Shown here: positions 52,633 to 64,000 of the stretch, in pieces
Position numbering within the stretch: the first letter of the stretch is position 1
Layout of the letters: every line of letters starts with the position of its first letter
Assembly (NCBI GenBank): GCA_951406725.2
Contig: OX597843.1
Span: 15,004,001-15,068,000 of the forward strand
Length of the DNA stretch: 64,000 bases
DNA from: Octopus vulgaris
Lineage: Eukaryota
Direction of reading: 5' to 3'
The notes under the pieces: generated by a model
Database searches by the model: none
Told to the model about the DNA's origin: nothing
The model's input: only the letters and a program-made list of their open reading frames with translations
Translations under genes and position numbers: made by a program

Positions 52633-52845
52633 TGATGAGCTTTCAGTTTCCATCTACCAATTCCACTCACAAGGTTTTGGTCAACCCGAGTCTATGTAGA
52701 AGACACTTGCTCAAGGTGCCATGCAGTGGGACTGAACCCAGAACCATGTGTTTGTGAAACAAGCTTCTTAGCACACTGCCACGCCTGCCTATATATATAT
52801 ATATATAGGGCTTCTTCCAGTTTCTGTCTGCCAAATCCACCCGGG

Positions 52846-54360
52846 CAAGGTAGAGTCTGTCTGACACACCTCTTACAGTACTATGACTGGGTGTTAAAAC
52901 ATCTGCTCAGCAACTTAAATGTGCATATGATATGTCTCAACTTTACAAAAGCCTTTGATAAGGTCGACCATGGTATGATGCATCACAAGCTGTGTAGTCT
53001 TGGCATGATTGCAGAAGTTGGAGAATGGCTACCTGACTTTTTAAAAGATAGAAATCAGGTAGAAGTAGCCAACAGGGCTACCTCCAAGGAAATGCAAATT
53101 CTGAGTGGTGTCCTCCACGGCACAATCTTTGGGTCACTGGTATTCATAGTGGCTCCTGTGTGGAGGCACATGGCCTAGTGGTTAGAGCAGCAGACTTGCA
53201 GTCGAGGGATTGCTGATTCGAATCTCAGACTGGGCGATGTGTGTGTTTATGAGCGCAACACCTAAGGTCCACGCGGCTCCGGCAGAAGGTAATGGCGAAA
53301 CGTCTGCTGACTCTTTTGCCACAACTTTCTCTCACTCTTTCCTCCTGCATCTTGCAACTCACCTGCGATGGACTGGCATCCCTATACGCCAAGGAAACCG
53401 GGAAACCAGCCCTTATGAGCTAGGTATGGCTCGAGAAGGAACAAACAAAACATAGTGGCCCCTTCTAGCTATGCAGATGATACAAAATTCTCTCCAAGGA
53501 TACAGGACCCTGGAGTTGTTGCACATCTGCAACAGGAGTTGGATGCAATATACAGGGAGGGGTGAGGACAATAACGTGCAGTTTAGTGCTGGAAAATTCC
53601 AAGCCCTGCACTACCAGCACCCGAAGCTCAGTGCAGTGCTGACAGGATAGACTGGCTCAGAAGGGATTGCAATCTTTGAATCAAAATTTATGTGCAGCTT
53701 GGGCATCGACATGAGTAATGATGCAGTTTTCCAGGTGCATGTTACTAAATCGGCAATAAAATGCAGACGGCTGGCTGGCTGGATTGTTAGAATTTTCAGA
53801 ATGAGAGAACCAGGATGGTCCTCTGGAGGACATTTGTCCTCAGCTGTTTAGATGGCTTCCCAACTATGGCCACCACATAGTGTAAAATTAACAGTGGACC
53901 TCGAAGCAATCCAGTGAAGCTACACAAAGAAGATCGTCTCAGTGTGACATGTCAGAGGCTGAAGTTAAAGCTTTAATTCCTGGAAAGCAGGCAGGTAAGA
54001 TATGCAGTGATATACGTCTGGAAAATCCTGCAAGGACTTGTACCTAACTTTAGCATTGAAAGTTAGACAAACAGCAGAATGGGTGCTGCTGCCTAGTGCC
54101 AAAGAGTCCAGCATTGTCATCAAATCACAGGACCAAATACTGCAACAGCTTCAAGGGTCCACAGTACTTGAATGTTCTCCCACAAAACCTGGGAGACCTA
54201 CACGAGGTGGATCTAAATGTCTTCAAAACAGAACTGGATCTCCTCCTGTCAAGAGTTCTGGATGAACCTGCCTTGTGGCAGGAAATGCAGAAAAGGGCTG
54301 CAACATCAAAGTTCCTCATTCACCAAATGTCATATATCAGAGGAGGTTTCAAGTTGTGAG
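52846..54360 (+). mobile_element. Decayed CR1-like LINE RT
   Basis: GRVCLTHLL..NFTKAFDKVDHG..SGVLHGTIFGSLVF, YADDTK, FKTELDLLL..VLDEP. Confidence 0.85.
53157..53450 (+). mobile_element. tRNA-derived SINE inserted in the CR1 copy
   Basis: A-box tggcctagtgg, B-box-like gattcgaatc, A-rich tail. TSD catagtggc(t/c)cc at 53145-53156 and 53451-53462. Confidence 0.85.
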
Positions 54361-54789
54361 GGTGTAGCAAAGCTAATGCCACTGCCCCAGCATGGCCACA
54401 ACACCGAAGCTAAATATATATGTATACAAATTGATTATATATATGTATATATACACATATATCTATATGTATATATACATATATACACCGCCTTGCTGGC
54501 ACGTGTAAAAACATTCCAGCGAGGTCATTGCCAGTACCGCCTGACTGGCCCCCGTGCCAGTGGCACATAGAGGCACCCACTACACTCTCGGAGTTGTTGG
54601 CGTTAGGAAGGGCATCTAGCTGTAGAAACTCTGCCAGATCAGATTGGAGTCGGATTCGCCAGTCCTCAGCCAAATTGTCCAACCCATGCTAGCATGGAAA
54701 ACAGACGTTAAACGACGATGATGATATATATATATAATATATACATATATATAATATATACACACACATATACCTGCACATTTATATCT

Positions 54790-55517
54790 TTTATTTGTTT
54801 CAGTTATTAGACTGTGGCCATGCTGGAGCACTGACTTGAAGAATTTTTTAGTGAGATGACTTGACCACAGGACTTGTTTTGTTTTTGAAGCCTGTTGCTT
54901 ATTCTGTTGGTGTCTTTTGCTGAACCAGCAAGTTATGGAGTCCTAAACATACCAACACCACTTCTCAAGGGGTAGCATGGGACAAATACAGAAAGACATA
55001 CACAAACACTCACTTTGGCACCCACGTATACATACACATACGATGGGCTTCTTTCTGTTTCCATCAACTAAATTCCCTCACAAGGCTTTAGTAGAAGGTG
55101 GTTGCCCAAGGTGCCACACGATGGGACTGAACCTGGAATCATGTGGTTGGGAAGCAGGCGTGTCTGTGTGGTAAGAAGCTTGCTTCCCAACCACATGGTT
55201 CCGGGTTCAGTCCCACTGCTTGGCACCTTGGGCAAGTGTCTTCTAATATAGCCTCAGGCTGACCAAAGCTTTGTGAGTGGATTTGATAGACGGAAACTAA
55301 AAAGAAGCCCATTGTGTGTGTTTGTGTTTGCCCCCCTCCCACCATCGCTTGACAACTGATATTGCTGCATTTACATCCCCCATAACTTAGCGGTTCGGCA
55401 AAGAGATCGATAAAATAAGTACTAGGCTTACAAAGAATAAGTCCTGGAGTCGATTTGTTCGACTAAAGGAGGTGCTCCAGCATGGCTGCAGTCAAATGAC
55501 TGAAACCAGTCAAAGAA
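54790..55517. mobile_element. Head-to-head pair of CORE-type SINEs (54790-55152 -, 55155-55517 +)
   Basis: Match the 8628 family. Confidence 0.8.
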
Positions 55518-56044
55518 TATATTTAGGCATTTGTTTTTCAAGTTTCTTGATGTGAAATCATGTGTTGAAGCAGATATTGTTATATTTGTGGAGGGTCACA
55601 CTCTGTTTGATCCTCCCTTCATTGTTATTGTTACCTCAGCCTTAGCTGTTGTTTTCAGTTGTGTCTGTTTGTGGATAAGATATCTCAAGAACTGCTGGAT
55701 GGATTTTCAGGCATGTTTGGCCTTGTGACTAGCACAAACTGGTTAGACTTTGGGATTGATCCGGTACCAGACAAGGATTCTGGATTATTTGTTATATTTA
55801 CTTTCTGTGAAGTATTATGATCGTAACAATACCTTGCAAGTCTTTCTCTGATTATCTCCCTTGAAAGCACTCTCACGGTTTCCACATAAATTATGGTGGT
55901 GTTGCTCTTTCCAAACTTTTACTTTTGTTTCTCTATTATTTTTACTTGCATCTCTATCTTAGCAGAAACTGATGCAGGAAGAAATCAGACGACCTAAACA
56001 AACAGCAGCAAAACCATTTCAGAAATTAAATAACACTTAGTAGT

Positions 56045-56765
56045 TGTGATACCTGTGCCGGTGGCACAAAAAAAGCACCATCCGAACGTGGCCGATGCCA
56101 GCGCCGCCTCTACTGGCTTCTGTGCTGGTGGCACATAAAAAGCACCATCCGAACGTGGCCGATGCCAGCGCCGCCTCTACTGGCTTCTGTGCTGGTGGCA
56201 CATAAAAAGCACCATCCGAACATGGCCGATGCCAGTGCCGCCTCTACTGGCTTCTGTACTGGTGGCACATAAAAAGCACCATCCGAATGTGGCCGATGCC
56301 AGCACCGCCTCGACTGGCTTCTGTGCTGGTGGCACATAAAAAGCACCATCCGAACATGGCCGATGCCAGTGCCGCCTCTACTGGCTTCTGTGCTGGTGGC
56401 ACATAAAAAGCACCATCCGAACGTGGCCGATGCCAGCGCCGCCTCTACTGGCTTCTGTGCTGGTGGCACATAAAAAGCACCATCCGAATGTGGCCGATAT
56501 CAGTGCCGCCTCTACTGGCTTCCGTGCCGGTGGCACGTTAAAAGCACCAACCGATCGTGGCCGATGCCAGACTCCCCTGGCACCTGTGCCGTGGCACATA
56601 AAAAGCACCCACTACACTTGCGGAGTGGTTGGCGTTAGGAAGGGCATCCAGCTGTAGAAACACTGCCAGATCAGACTGGAGCCCGGTGCAGCCCCTGGCT
56701 TCCCAGACCCCGGTCGAACTGTCCAACCCATGCTAGCGCGGAAAACGGACGTTAAACGATGATGA
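56045..56765 (+). mobile_element. RTE-tail element with about 9-10 tandem 66-bp units
   Basis: Unit tgtgctggtggcacataaaaagcaccatccgaacgtggccgatgccagcgccgcctctactggcttc, followed by the conserved tail and (GAT)n. Confidence 0.9.
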
Positions 56766-57044
56766 TATTCAGTAACAGTAATAAATTTAATCTAGCCTCG
56801 ACAATTTTTAGTTTTACCAATTGTGAATATTTCGCCCCTGTATAAAACCTCTTACCTCCTTGACAATTGCATTTCTAGCTCTGCCTTGAAGGAAGCTTTA
56901 CTTCTTGGACTCGGGTTTTTGTGTGCAATGATGTTGTTAAACATTTGTAAACAGCACTTTATGCAGATCCTTTCCGTTTCCTTTCATGTACGGATAAATT
57001 TTTCACTATAGAGGAAAAAGATGCGAACATATCAATGTTCAATA

Positions 57045-60000
57045 ACAAAATGCTCTCTCAAAAGTGTTGACCCCCTCCTTAACCTGCTTCCTCCATCTGT
57101 GGTGATGACAGGCATTGCTCTCCCAGTCAATCTCCTGCATATCACAGGCCTTCAATGAGGACTTGAGACAGTCCTTAAATCGCAGCCTTGGTTTCTGCTG
57201 GGTTCTCTTTCCATTCACATGTTCCCCATATAGCATCTGTTTAGGGGTCCTGCTATCCTTCATTCTAATAAGGTGTCCACTCTAACATCACCGGTGCTTG
57301 TACACCATCACCCCAATACTCAAGATATCAGCTGTCCTCAGGACCTGTGTGTCTGGAGTTTTTAAGGGCCAACCAATATTCAGAATATGTCTCAAACATC
57401 TCTGATGAAAGCATTCAAGGACCCTTACATGACGTTTGTAAAGGGTCCATGTCTCACATGAGTAAAAGAGCAATGTCAGTAGACATGCACAGTACACAGC
57501 AATTTTTGTTTGCCTTGTGATGCCATGCTGGGGCCAGACATGAGACAGAAGAGACCGGAAGGAATCAGTTGCTCTCTGCAGCCTGAAAGATATTTCCTCA
57601 TCCAGGGAGCAAGAACGGCTGAGTGTGCTGCCCAGGTAGACCCAAACATGTCTACCACCTTCAGAATTGTTCCTTCAACCAAGATAGCTGGTTCCACATA
57701 TGGAATTCCTGGTGCAGACTGGAACATTACAACAGTCTTGTCCAGGCTAATGCTGAGTCCAAATGCCTTGCAAGAAGCAGAAATACGGTTCATAAGTATT
57801 TGCATGTCATCCACTGTATGAGTGACTAAGGCACAGTCATCTGCATAAAGGAGGTCACGAATAAGACTGGATAACTTTTGAATTGGCAGCAAATCGGCAC
57901 AGATTGAAGAGGTGGCCAGAACATTGATACCTGACATATATCCCCAGAGAGCTAACCTTAGCAAAAGCATGATTAACAGCAGCAGCAAAGTACAGAGAGT
58001 TGGGGCAAGGATGTCACCCTACTTGACACCATTTTCTACAGGATTGGGTCCTTGACCCAAGCCTCCATCTCATCATGAAAGGATTTAATTATAGATACAA
58101 AGTGATCTAGATATCCAAGTTTTACCAAGTATTTTCCATAGCAAGGCCCTATTCACAGTATCAAGGGCCTTTGTTAAATCAATGAATACCTGGACAAGAT
58201 CAATATTCTGCTCATAGCACTTCTGCACCTGTCTTGCTGTGAAAATCATATCCATTGTCCCTCTGCCAGATCGGAAACCACATTGAGATTCAGATAGGAC
58301 ATCATTTACGAGACACCCATTCAGGCGGGTAAGAAGACTATTTGCCAGAACCTTGCCAGCAGCTGATAATAGAGCAATACCTCTGTAGTTACCACACATT
58401 GTTCTGGCTCCTTTTCCTTTATAGAGAGGAAGAATAATCGCATCTTTCCAGTCCTTAAGTATTGCACCATCCCTCCAGACTACCCTAAATAGTTCATGAA
58501 GGGACTGTATGATGTAATCACCACCAAATCACAAGACCTCCGCACAAATTCCATCCTTTCCAGGTGCCCTACCAAGATTCAATTTACTTATTAATGTCAT
58601 TACTTCATCTATTGAGGGCATGGAATTTAAGGAGCCAATGATAGGTCTTTGTTGCATAGTATCAATCGCTGTTTCATCCACAACTGACTCATGGTTTAGG
58701 AGTTCAGGGAAGTGTTCAATCCAGCGACCTGTGATTTCTGTTGATTTAGTAAACAGAGTAGAAGACTCTGGAAAGCAAAGGAGCTGATGTGGGGCTCTTT
58801 GGCCCATAAACTTGCTTCATAAGATGGTAAAGCTTCTTGCTATCATTTGCATCAGCAGCAGCCTGAACATCACGAGCAAGATCCTCCCACCAAGTGTTCT
58901 GCATCTTCCTGAGAGATCACTGCAGTAGTGATTTTACACTGTTATAGTGGGCAAGTGCTAGATTTCACTGCACAGCTGAAAGTCCTCTGTGTTGCAATAC
59001 ATTGTGGGCATGGCGGATAAGCGGAAAGTGTAACCTCTCGAAAGAGCTGTTCTTCACTCCTGCTCCAGAGCATCGGCTGCGGGGTCACTCCGAAAAGCTC
59101 TAGCTGCGACGATTTCATCTCAATCGAAGGAGAGGGGCTTTCTCCGTCCGGGTTGCAGATCTATGGAATAAGCTGCCGGACGAGATAGTGAAGATGCCGA
59201 CGACCGCTTGATCAGAAATGGCCTGAACTCTTTGCAGGAACCCCCCTGTACATAACTCCATGTCCCCCTACATGGCCTTGCTTTTTGCTTTTTGAGCCAA
59301 AAAATTAACTTAACTAAGCTTAACTATGGCGCTTTACGGCCATTAGTCGCTGAACTTCAGCATCGTTTTCATCAAACCAGTCTGTGTGTCTGGCAGTAGC
59401 ATATACCAGTGTTTTAGCAGCACATTGAAGTACTTGGTCTCGAAAATCTTCCCATGCTGCAGTATTTTTAATGCTGGACAAGCGAGTCTAAACCTCTTTC
59501 CTCAACACAGCATCATATATCTTGTGGACATTCAGACACCGAGGAATGCCAACTGGCCCTCTTCTCTCTTTCGCTCTAATCATCATCCGGAATTTGCTCG
59601 TACCAGACTGTGATCTGTCCAGTATTCCGATCCATGGAAGGATTTGACATTACAAATATCGTAGATGTCATGCTTGCAAATGATGGTTCATTGCAAAGCT
59701 CCAGCAGCATGAGACCACTGCTATTTATTTTCCCCACACCAGAACATCCTAGAGCGTTCCATGTTTGCCAGTCTGTTGCAACCCTGGCATTGAAATCCCC
59801 CCTTAGGATGACTTTATCAGAATTGAGGATCTTCCTAAGTATGGCTCTCAGCTGGACATAAAAAGATACTTTTATCTCCATCACAACTAATCAAAGTAGC
59901 AAACCACCCACCTTTCAGGTGCAATCGTTGAGTCATTAAGTGTTCTTTTATGGGAACAGGAAGCTCCTCCAACTTCTTAAGGATGTCAGATCGAACTGCA

Positions 60001-61105
60001 AAGCCGACACCAGCCTCTCTGCGCTCCCCCTTCTGGCTCCCCTTCCAAAAAAAGGTGTATCCACCTCCTGCTTCTTCAAGCTGACCATCACCTTCTATAC
60101 GAGTCTCTGAAAGTGCAGCTATACTATATCAATGTTATAGCAGTTCAGCTCGTGAGCAACAAGTGCAGTGCGTCTTTCAGGCCTACAATCACTCTTGTTA
60201 TCCAACAGAGTGCACACATTCCAACATGAAATGTTCAAGTTCCATCCAGATTTTGTAAATAAAGTGCAGGGTGGACATCTTGTTAAACTGATTTGCGTTA
60301 AACTGATAAAATATAGAAAGACGGGCAATTTTTGGTTCACCTTTTCTAGAATATTCCCCGGCTTCTTGGTGAGCAGTGAACTATCCAAATGGAGATGCTC
60401 AGACACTCATGCAGCAACCGAATCCTACTGCTGTCTTGGGTGACAAGGAGATGACTTTATATCTAGCATGGGCCACCTATGTGCAGGTCGCTGATTACAT
60501 GCTTCCAACCCTTCAGGTCTGCATGCTTCAGCACCTTCCCATCGCTGCAGGATTTCCGAATAAAAATCTAATAAATATATACTAAAAATATTGAGCAGAG
60601 GTCAGCAATGCCTGTGCAGAGTTTTAGGTCCAATAAGCCTTGCACGACACCTCACAGACCCTCTCCACTCTATTGACATTATCCAGAGACAAGCCAGAGC
60701 AAGATGTCTGGTGCCAATATGAGTTGTAGGCTCAGGGATGTGGGTGTGCCATGATCTCTAGCACAAACCAAAGATCCCCAAAATGTCCAATGTCATTCCC
60801 TGCACATCTGGTTTTATATCAGAGTGACCTTCTCCTAGAGACATGCTTCTTGAGAAGCTGGGGGGGGGGGTGCCTCCCTTCCAGTGGTCTTTCAGCATGC
60901 CGGACACCATCCTGGAATTTCTGTGTACCTGTGCTATTGCTAGATAGCCGTTGAGCCTGCACTAGGGTCATCCGACCTTTCAGCAGGTCTTGTTTTTAAT
61001 CCTGCTGGGTTTCTAGCAACCCTCCTCACCAGAATAGCCTGGTGGGGGTGCCAGTTTAGTCGCCAGCAACCCGACTGTGCAACAGGTTATGAAAGCCTCA
61101 TAAAT
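57045..61105 (-). mobile_element. Near full-length decayed RTE LINE (5' UTR, APE endonuclease, RT)
   Basis: WNVCTLLD..RPERRTALVAHEL, GDFNARV, RAPGKDGI, CGNYRGIALLS..ESQCGFRSGRGTMDMIF..FIDLTKA, LLYADDCAL and FHQRCLRHIL; many frameshifts. Confidence 0.92.
59016..59325 (+). mobile_element. CR1 3' fragment nested in the RTE
   Basis: Reverse complement of the 15074 family with a (TAACT) tail; possible atggcg TSD. Confidence 0.85.
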
Positions 61106-62329
61106 GACCTGACATACACTGGCGAAAATAAATTTAGGACTGATGATAAAAGTTCTGTTTCTTACAAAATATTTTGTTACTAACACCATACAAATCACTT
61201 TTATCTTTTACACCTTATGCAGAATTTATTTCTCTTTCGAATGATGCGCAGACAATAAGTATTTTTATACAACTTGAAAGACCCTGAAAGACCAGTGAGA
61301 ACATGACCTGTGGCCTACATACCTTTCCTTCTTGGAACATCAATGGAAATTGCAGCTGTGGTTAAGCAAACCATCTGATTGTGGCCGTTGCCAGCGCCGC
61401 CCCGACTGACCTCCGTGCCGGTGGCACGTAAAAGCACCATCCGTTTGTGTCCGCTGCCAGCCTTGCCTGGCCCCCGTGCCGGTGGCACGTAAAAGCACCA
61501 TCCGTTCGTGGCCGTTTGCCGGCTCCATCTGGCACCTGTGCGGGTGGCACGTAAAAAGCACCCACTACACTCACGGAGTGGTTGGCGTTAGGAAGGGCAT
61601 CCAGCCGTAGAAACACTTCCAGATCAGACTGGGCCTGATGCAGCCTTCTGGCTTCCCAGACCCCAGTTGAACCGTCCAACCCATGCTAGCATGGAAAACG
61701 GACGCTAAATGATGATGATGATGAAGAATTCTAATGCTAAATTATGGGGCTGGCCTCAGTGAATGTTGGTGAAACTCAAGATAACGAAAATTTACTTTGC
61801 TTGGTTAATTCGAATCTCCTTTAAAGACTTCAGAGATTCCGTAGAGAAGATAAGAATGGAGATTTGCACAGTGTTAGTTTATGCTCCTGTAACTTAGCAG
61901 TTTGGCAAAAAGTGACTGATAGAATAAGCGGCAGGTTTAAATATATGTACATGTACATATATGCATACACATATACATGTATACATATAGACTAACATAT
62001 ACATACAACAGATGAATTTAAAACATCTATAAATATCTATCTATACACACACACACACACATATAAGAGGCGAAACAGCTGTAATCTTAAGGCTGTCATT
62101 GGTTAAATCTATTCATCTCCCATACCTTTTGACTTTTCATGGTTTATATTTTCCTCATAAAATAATTTCATCGATCTGATCTCCTGGATTTTAGCTGCAT
62201 AGAACTCTGCTTTATATTCCTCCATATTGTATCACTCTGTAGTCTGATAGCTGAATCTGTTAGAGGAGCTTTCTGTGAGAGCCTCATGGTTCTATGAATC
62301 CATATCTTATATTACAAATTTATGTGTAT

Positions 62330-62364
<35 letters not shown>

Positions 62365-62514
62365 CATACATACACACACACATGTACCTATAACTGTAGT
62401 TGTGTTTCTCTATATCTCTACTTCTCGGTTATTTTAGTGGTACAAATAAGAAAACAGAACTCAAGGCATGAGTGTATGTATGTATGTATGTGTGTATATA
62501 TATATGAAAGAGTC

Positions 62515-63106
62515 TCACATCATCAGAGATGTCTCAGACACATTCTCAATGTTGGCTGGACCTCAAAAATTCCAGACACACAGGTCCTGAGGACAACTGA
62601 TATCTTGAGTATTGAGGCGATGGTACACAAGCACCGGTTGTGTTGGACTGGACACCTTATTAGAATGAAGGATAGAAAGATTCCTGAGCGGATGCTCTAT
62701 GGAGAACTTGTGAATGGAAGGAGACTCCGGCAGAAACCAAGGCTGCGATTTAAGGACTGTGTCAAGTCCTCATTAAAGGCTTTTGATATGCAGGACACTG
62801 ACTGGGAGAACAATGCCTGTCATCGCCACAGATGGAGGAAGCAGGTTAAGGAGGGGATCGACACTTTTGAGAGAGCACGTATCCAGCATGAAGAACTTAA
62901 GCGAGCTGCGCGAAAGCGCACGGCTCGTATAGTGAATGGGGAAAGCTTGGTCTGCAATGTTTGCAGTCGTGTATGCTTGTCAAGAGCAGGGCTGTTCAGC
63001 CACCAATGGAGCCACAAATGCAAAATATAAGTTAGTCCAAGAGCGCACAATGTTCCTGAAGGTCAGCAATGGTCTTCCTCGGTCACGAGTGGACGGCCAT
63101 CATCAT
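62515..63106 (+). mobile_element. RTE LINE 3' fragment (same family as 57045, opposite strand)
   Basis: HQRCLRHIL..RLCWTGHLIRM..MLYGEL..KPRLRFKD..CNVCSRVCLSRAGLFSH; (CAT)n tail. Confidence 0.9.
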
Positions 63107-63480
63107 ATATATGAAATGAAGCGAGAACAAATTTCATAGGTCAGTGTTCATATTCACTCAATATATTTCAAAGTGTCCGAGTACTCCACAGCATGCATGG
63201 ATATAACATAAAAGTTTATAATCATCATCGTCGTTTAACGTCCGCTTTCCATGCTGACATGGGTTGGATGGTTTGACTGAGGACTGGCAAGCCAGAAGGC
63301 TGCACCAGGCTTCAATCTGATAAATATATAAAAATACATAAATGTACTTGTGAGGTTGTATGTCCATATTAAAATCAATGAGGATATTATAATACGCAAT
63401 GGTGAATGTATTGCGGTAATCCAAATAGATGAGAAAGTTGATATAAAATGATTTTAAATGGAATCTTGTGCAGGTGTAAA

Positions 63481-63568
63481 GTCCTACGGCTGTTTCAAGA
63501 GGATATAGGTTGGTATGGGCGAGTTATTCCAATCCTAACAATCATCTATATTTCTCTCATCAGAGTTA
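63481..63568 (-). ncRNA. Hammerhead motif with intact core and weak stem I, in a Penelope pLTR-like remnant
   Basis: Minus strand CUGAUGA-gagaaauauag..cuauauccucuu-GAAA-CAGCCG-UA-gg. Confidence 0.55.
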
Positions 63569-64000
63569 ATCTAAAGGATTTGTAAAAGAGTTAGTTCAAT
63601 CTTAAAGGTTTAAGCAACATGAGAAATTTAAGAATTTTAAAAATTCGAATGCTGTGTCGGAACATACTGTTCAGGTGGATGATATAATAAGAGCTAAAAT
63701 TACATGGTTAAATAAATTATGAAGCTATAGATAATAGTGTTTTAAGATGAATCCAAATAGATAAAGGATAATTAAATTAAAATCATATAAGCTAATTATT
63801 TTTGGAGAAAAATTTAAAAGTTGATAAATATTTATGTCTACCAAGAATGTTAAAATTTTTTTTGTCAGCACGGAGTATATGAATCACTTCTTTTGTGCAT
63901 AATTTACAATTTCTGCTGTGTGTATTGTATGGTGTGGTTTCCTTTATAATAGATCAATCTAGACTGAATTCTTTGTTGCGCATTCTTAATTTATTAATGT

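Noticed and set aside
53160-53232. tRNA gene
   Set aside because: tRNA-derived SINE head followed by a SINE body and flanked by a TSD; no complete cloverleaf.
60930-61105. Possible HDV-like ribozyme at the RTE 5' end
   Set aside because: Hairpins are present (tcgccag/ctggcga; ccaccag/ctggtg), but I could not build the nested double pseudoknot.

Overview
AT-rich, repeat-dense animal genomic DNA, most likely Octopus, judged from the SINE and RTE families and an invertebrate-type IL-17. Host genes are (1) the terminal coding exon of a neurofibromin (NF1) homologue at 1304-1777 (+), (2) a secreted IL-17-like cytokine at 31318-31722 (+) with a probable non-coding first exon near 29.5 kb, and (3) a possible first exon ending in ATG|GTGAGT at about 46.27 kb. 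The rest is microsatellite, CORE-type and Meta-type tRNA SINEs, RTE, CR1 and Tx1 LINE pieces, Tc1/mariner, Helitron and TTAA-MITE relics, and Penelope-like remnants. Nearly all long ORFs in the supplied track are repeat artefacts. The main findings are: about ten minimal type-I hammerhead-ribozyme motifs, some with an intact core; a 60-bp hairpin plus H-type pseudoknot module from an RTE 3' tail, amplified to about 40 copies with compensatory stem changes; an IL-17 that appears to have lost both cysteines of one knot disulfide; and a Tx1 LINE sitting in a (TC)n tract. All identifications come from reading the sequence by eye, no searches were run, and repeat boundaries are approximate.
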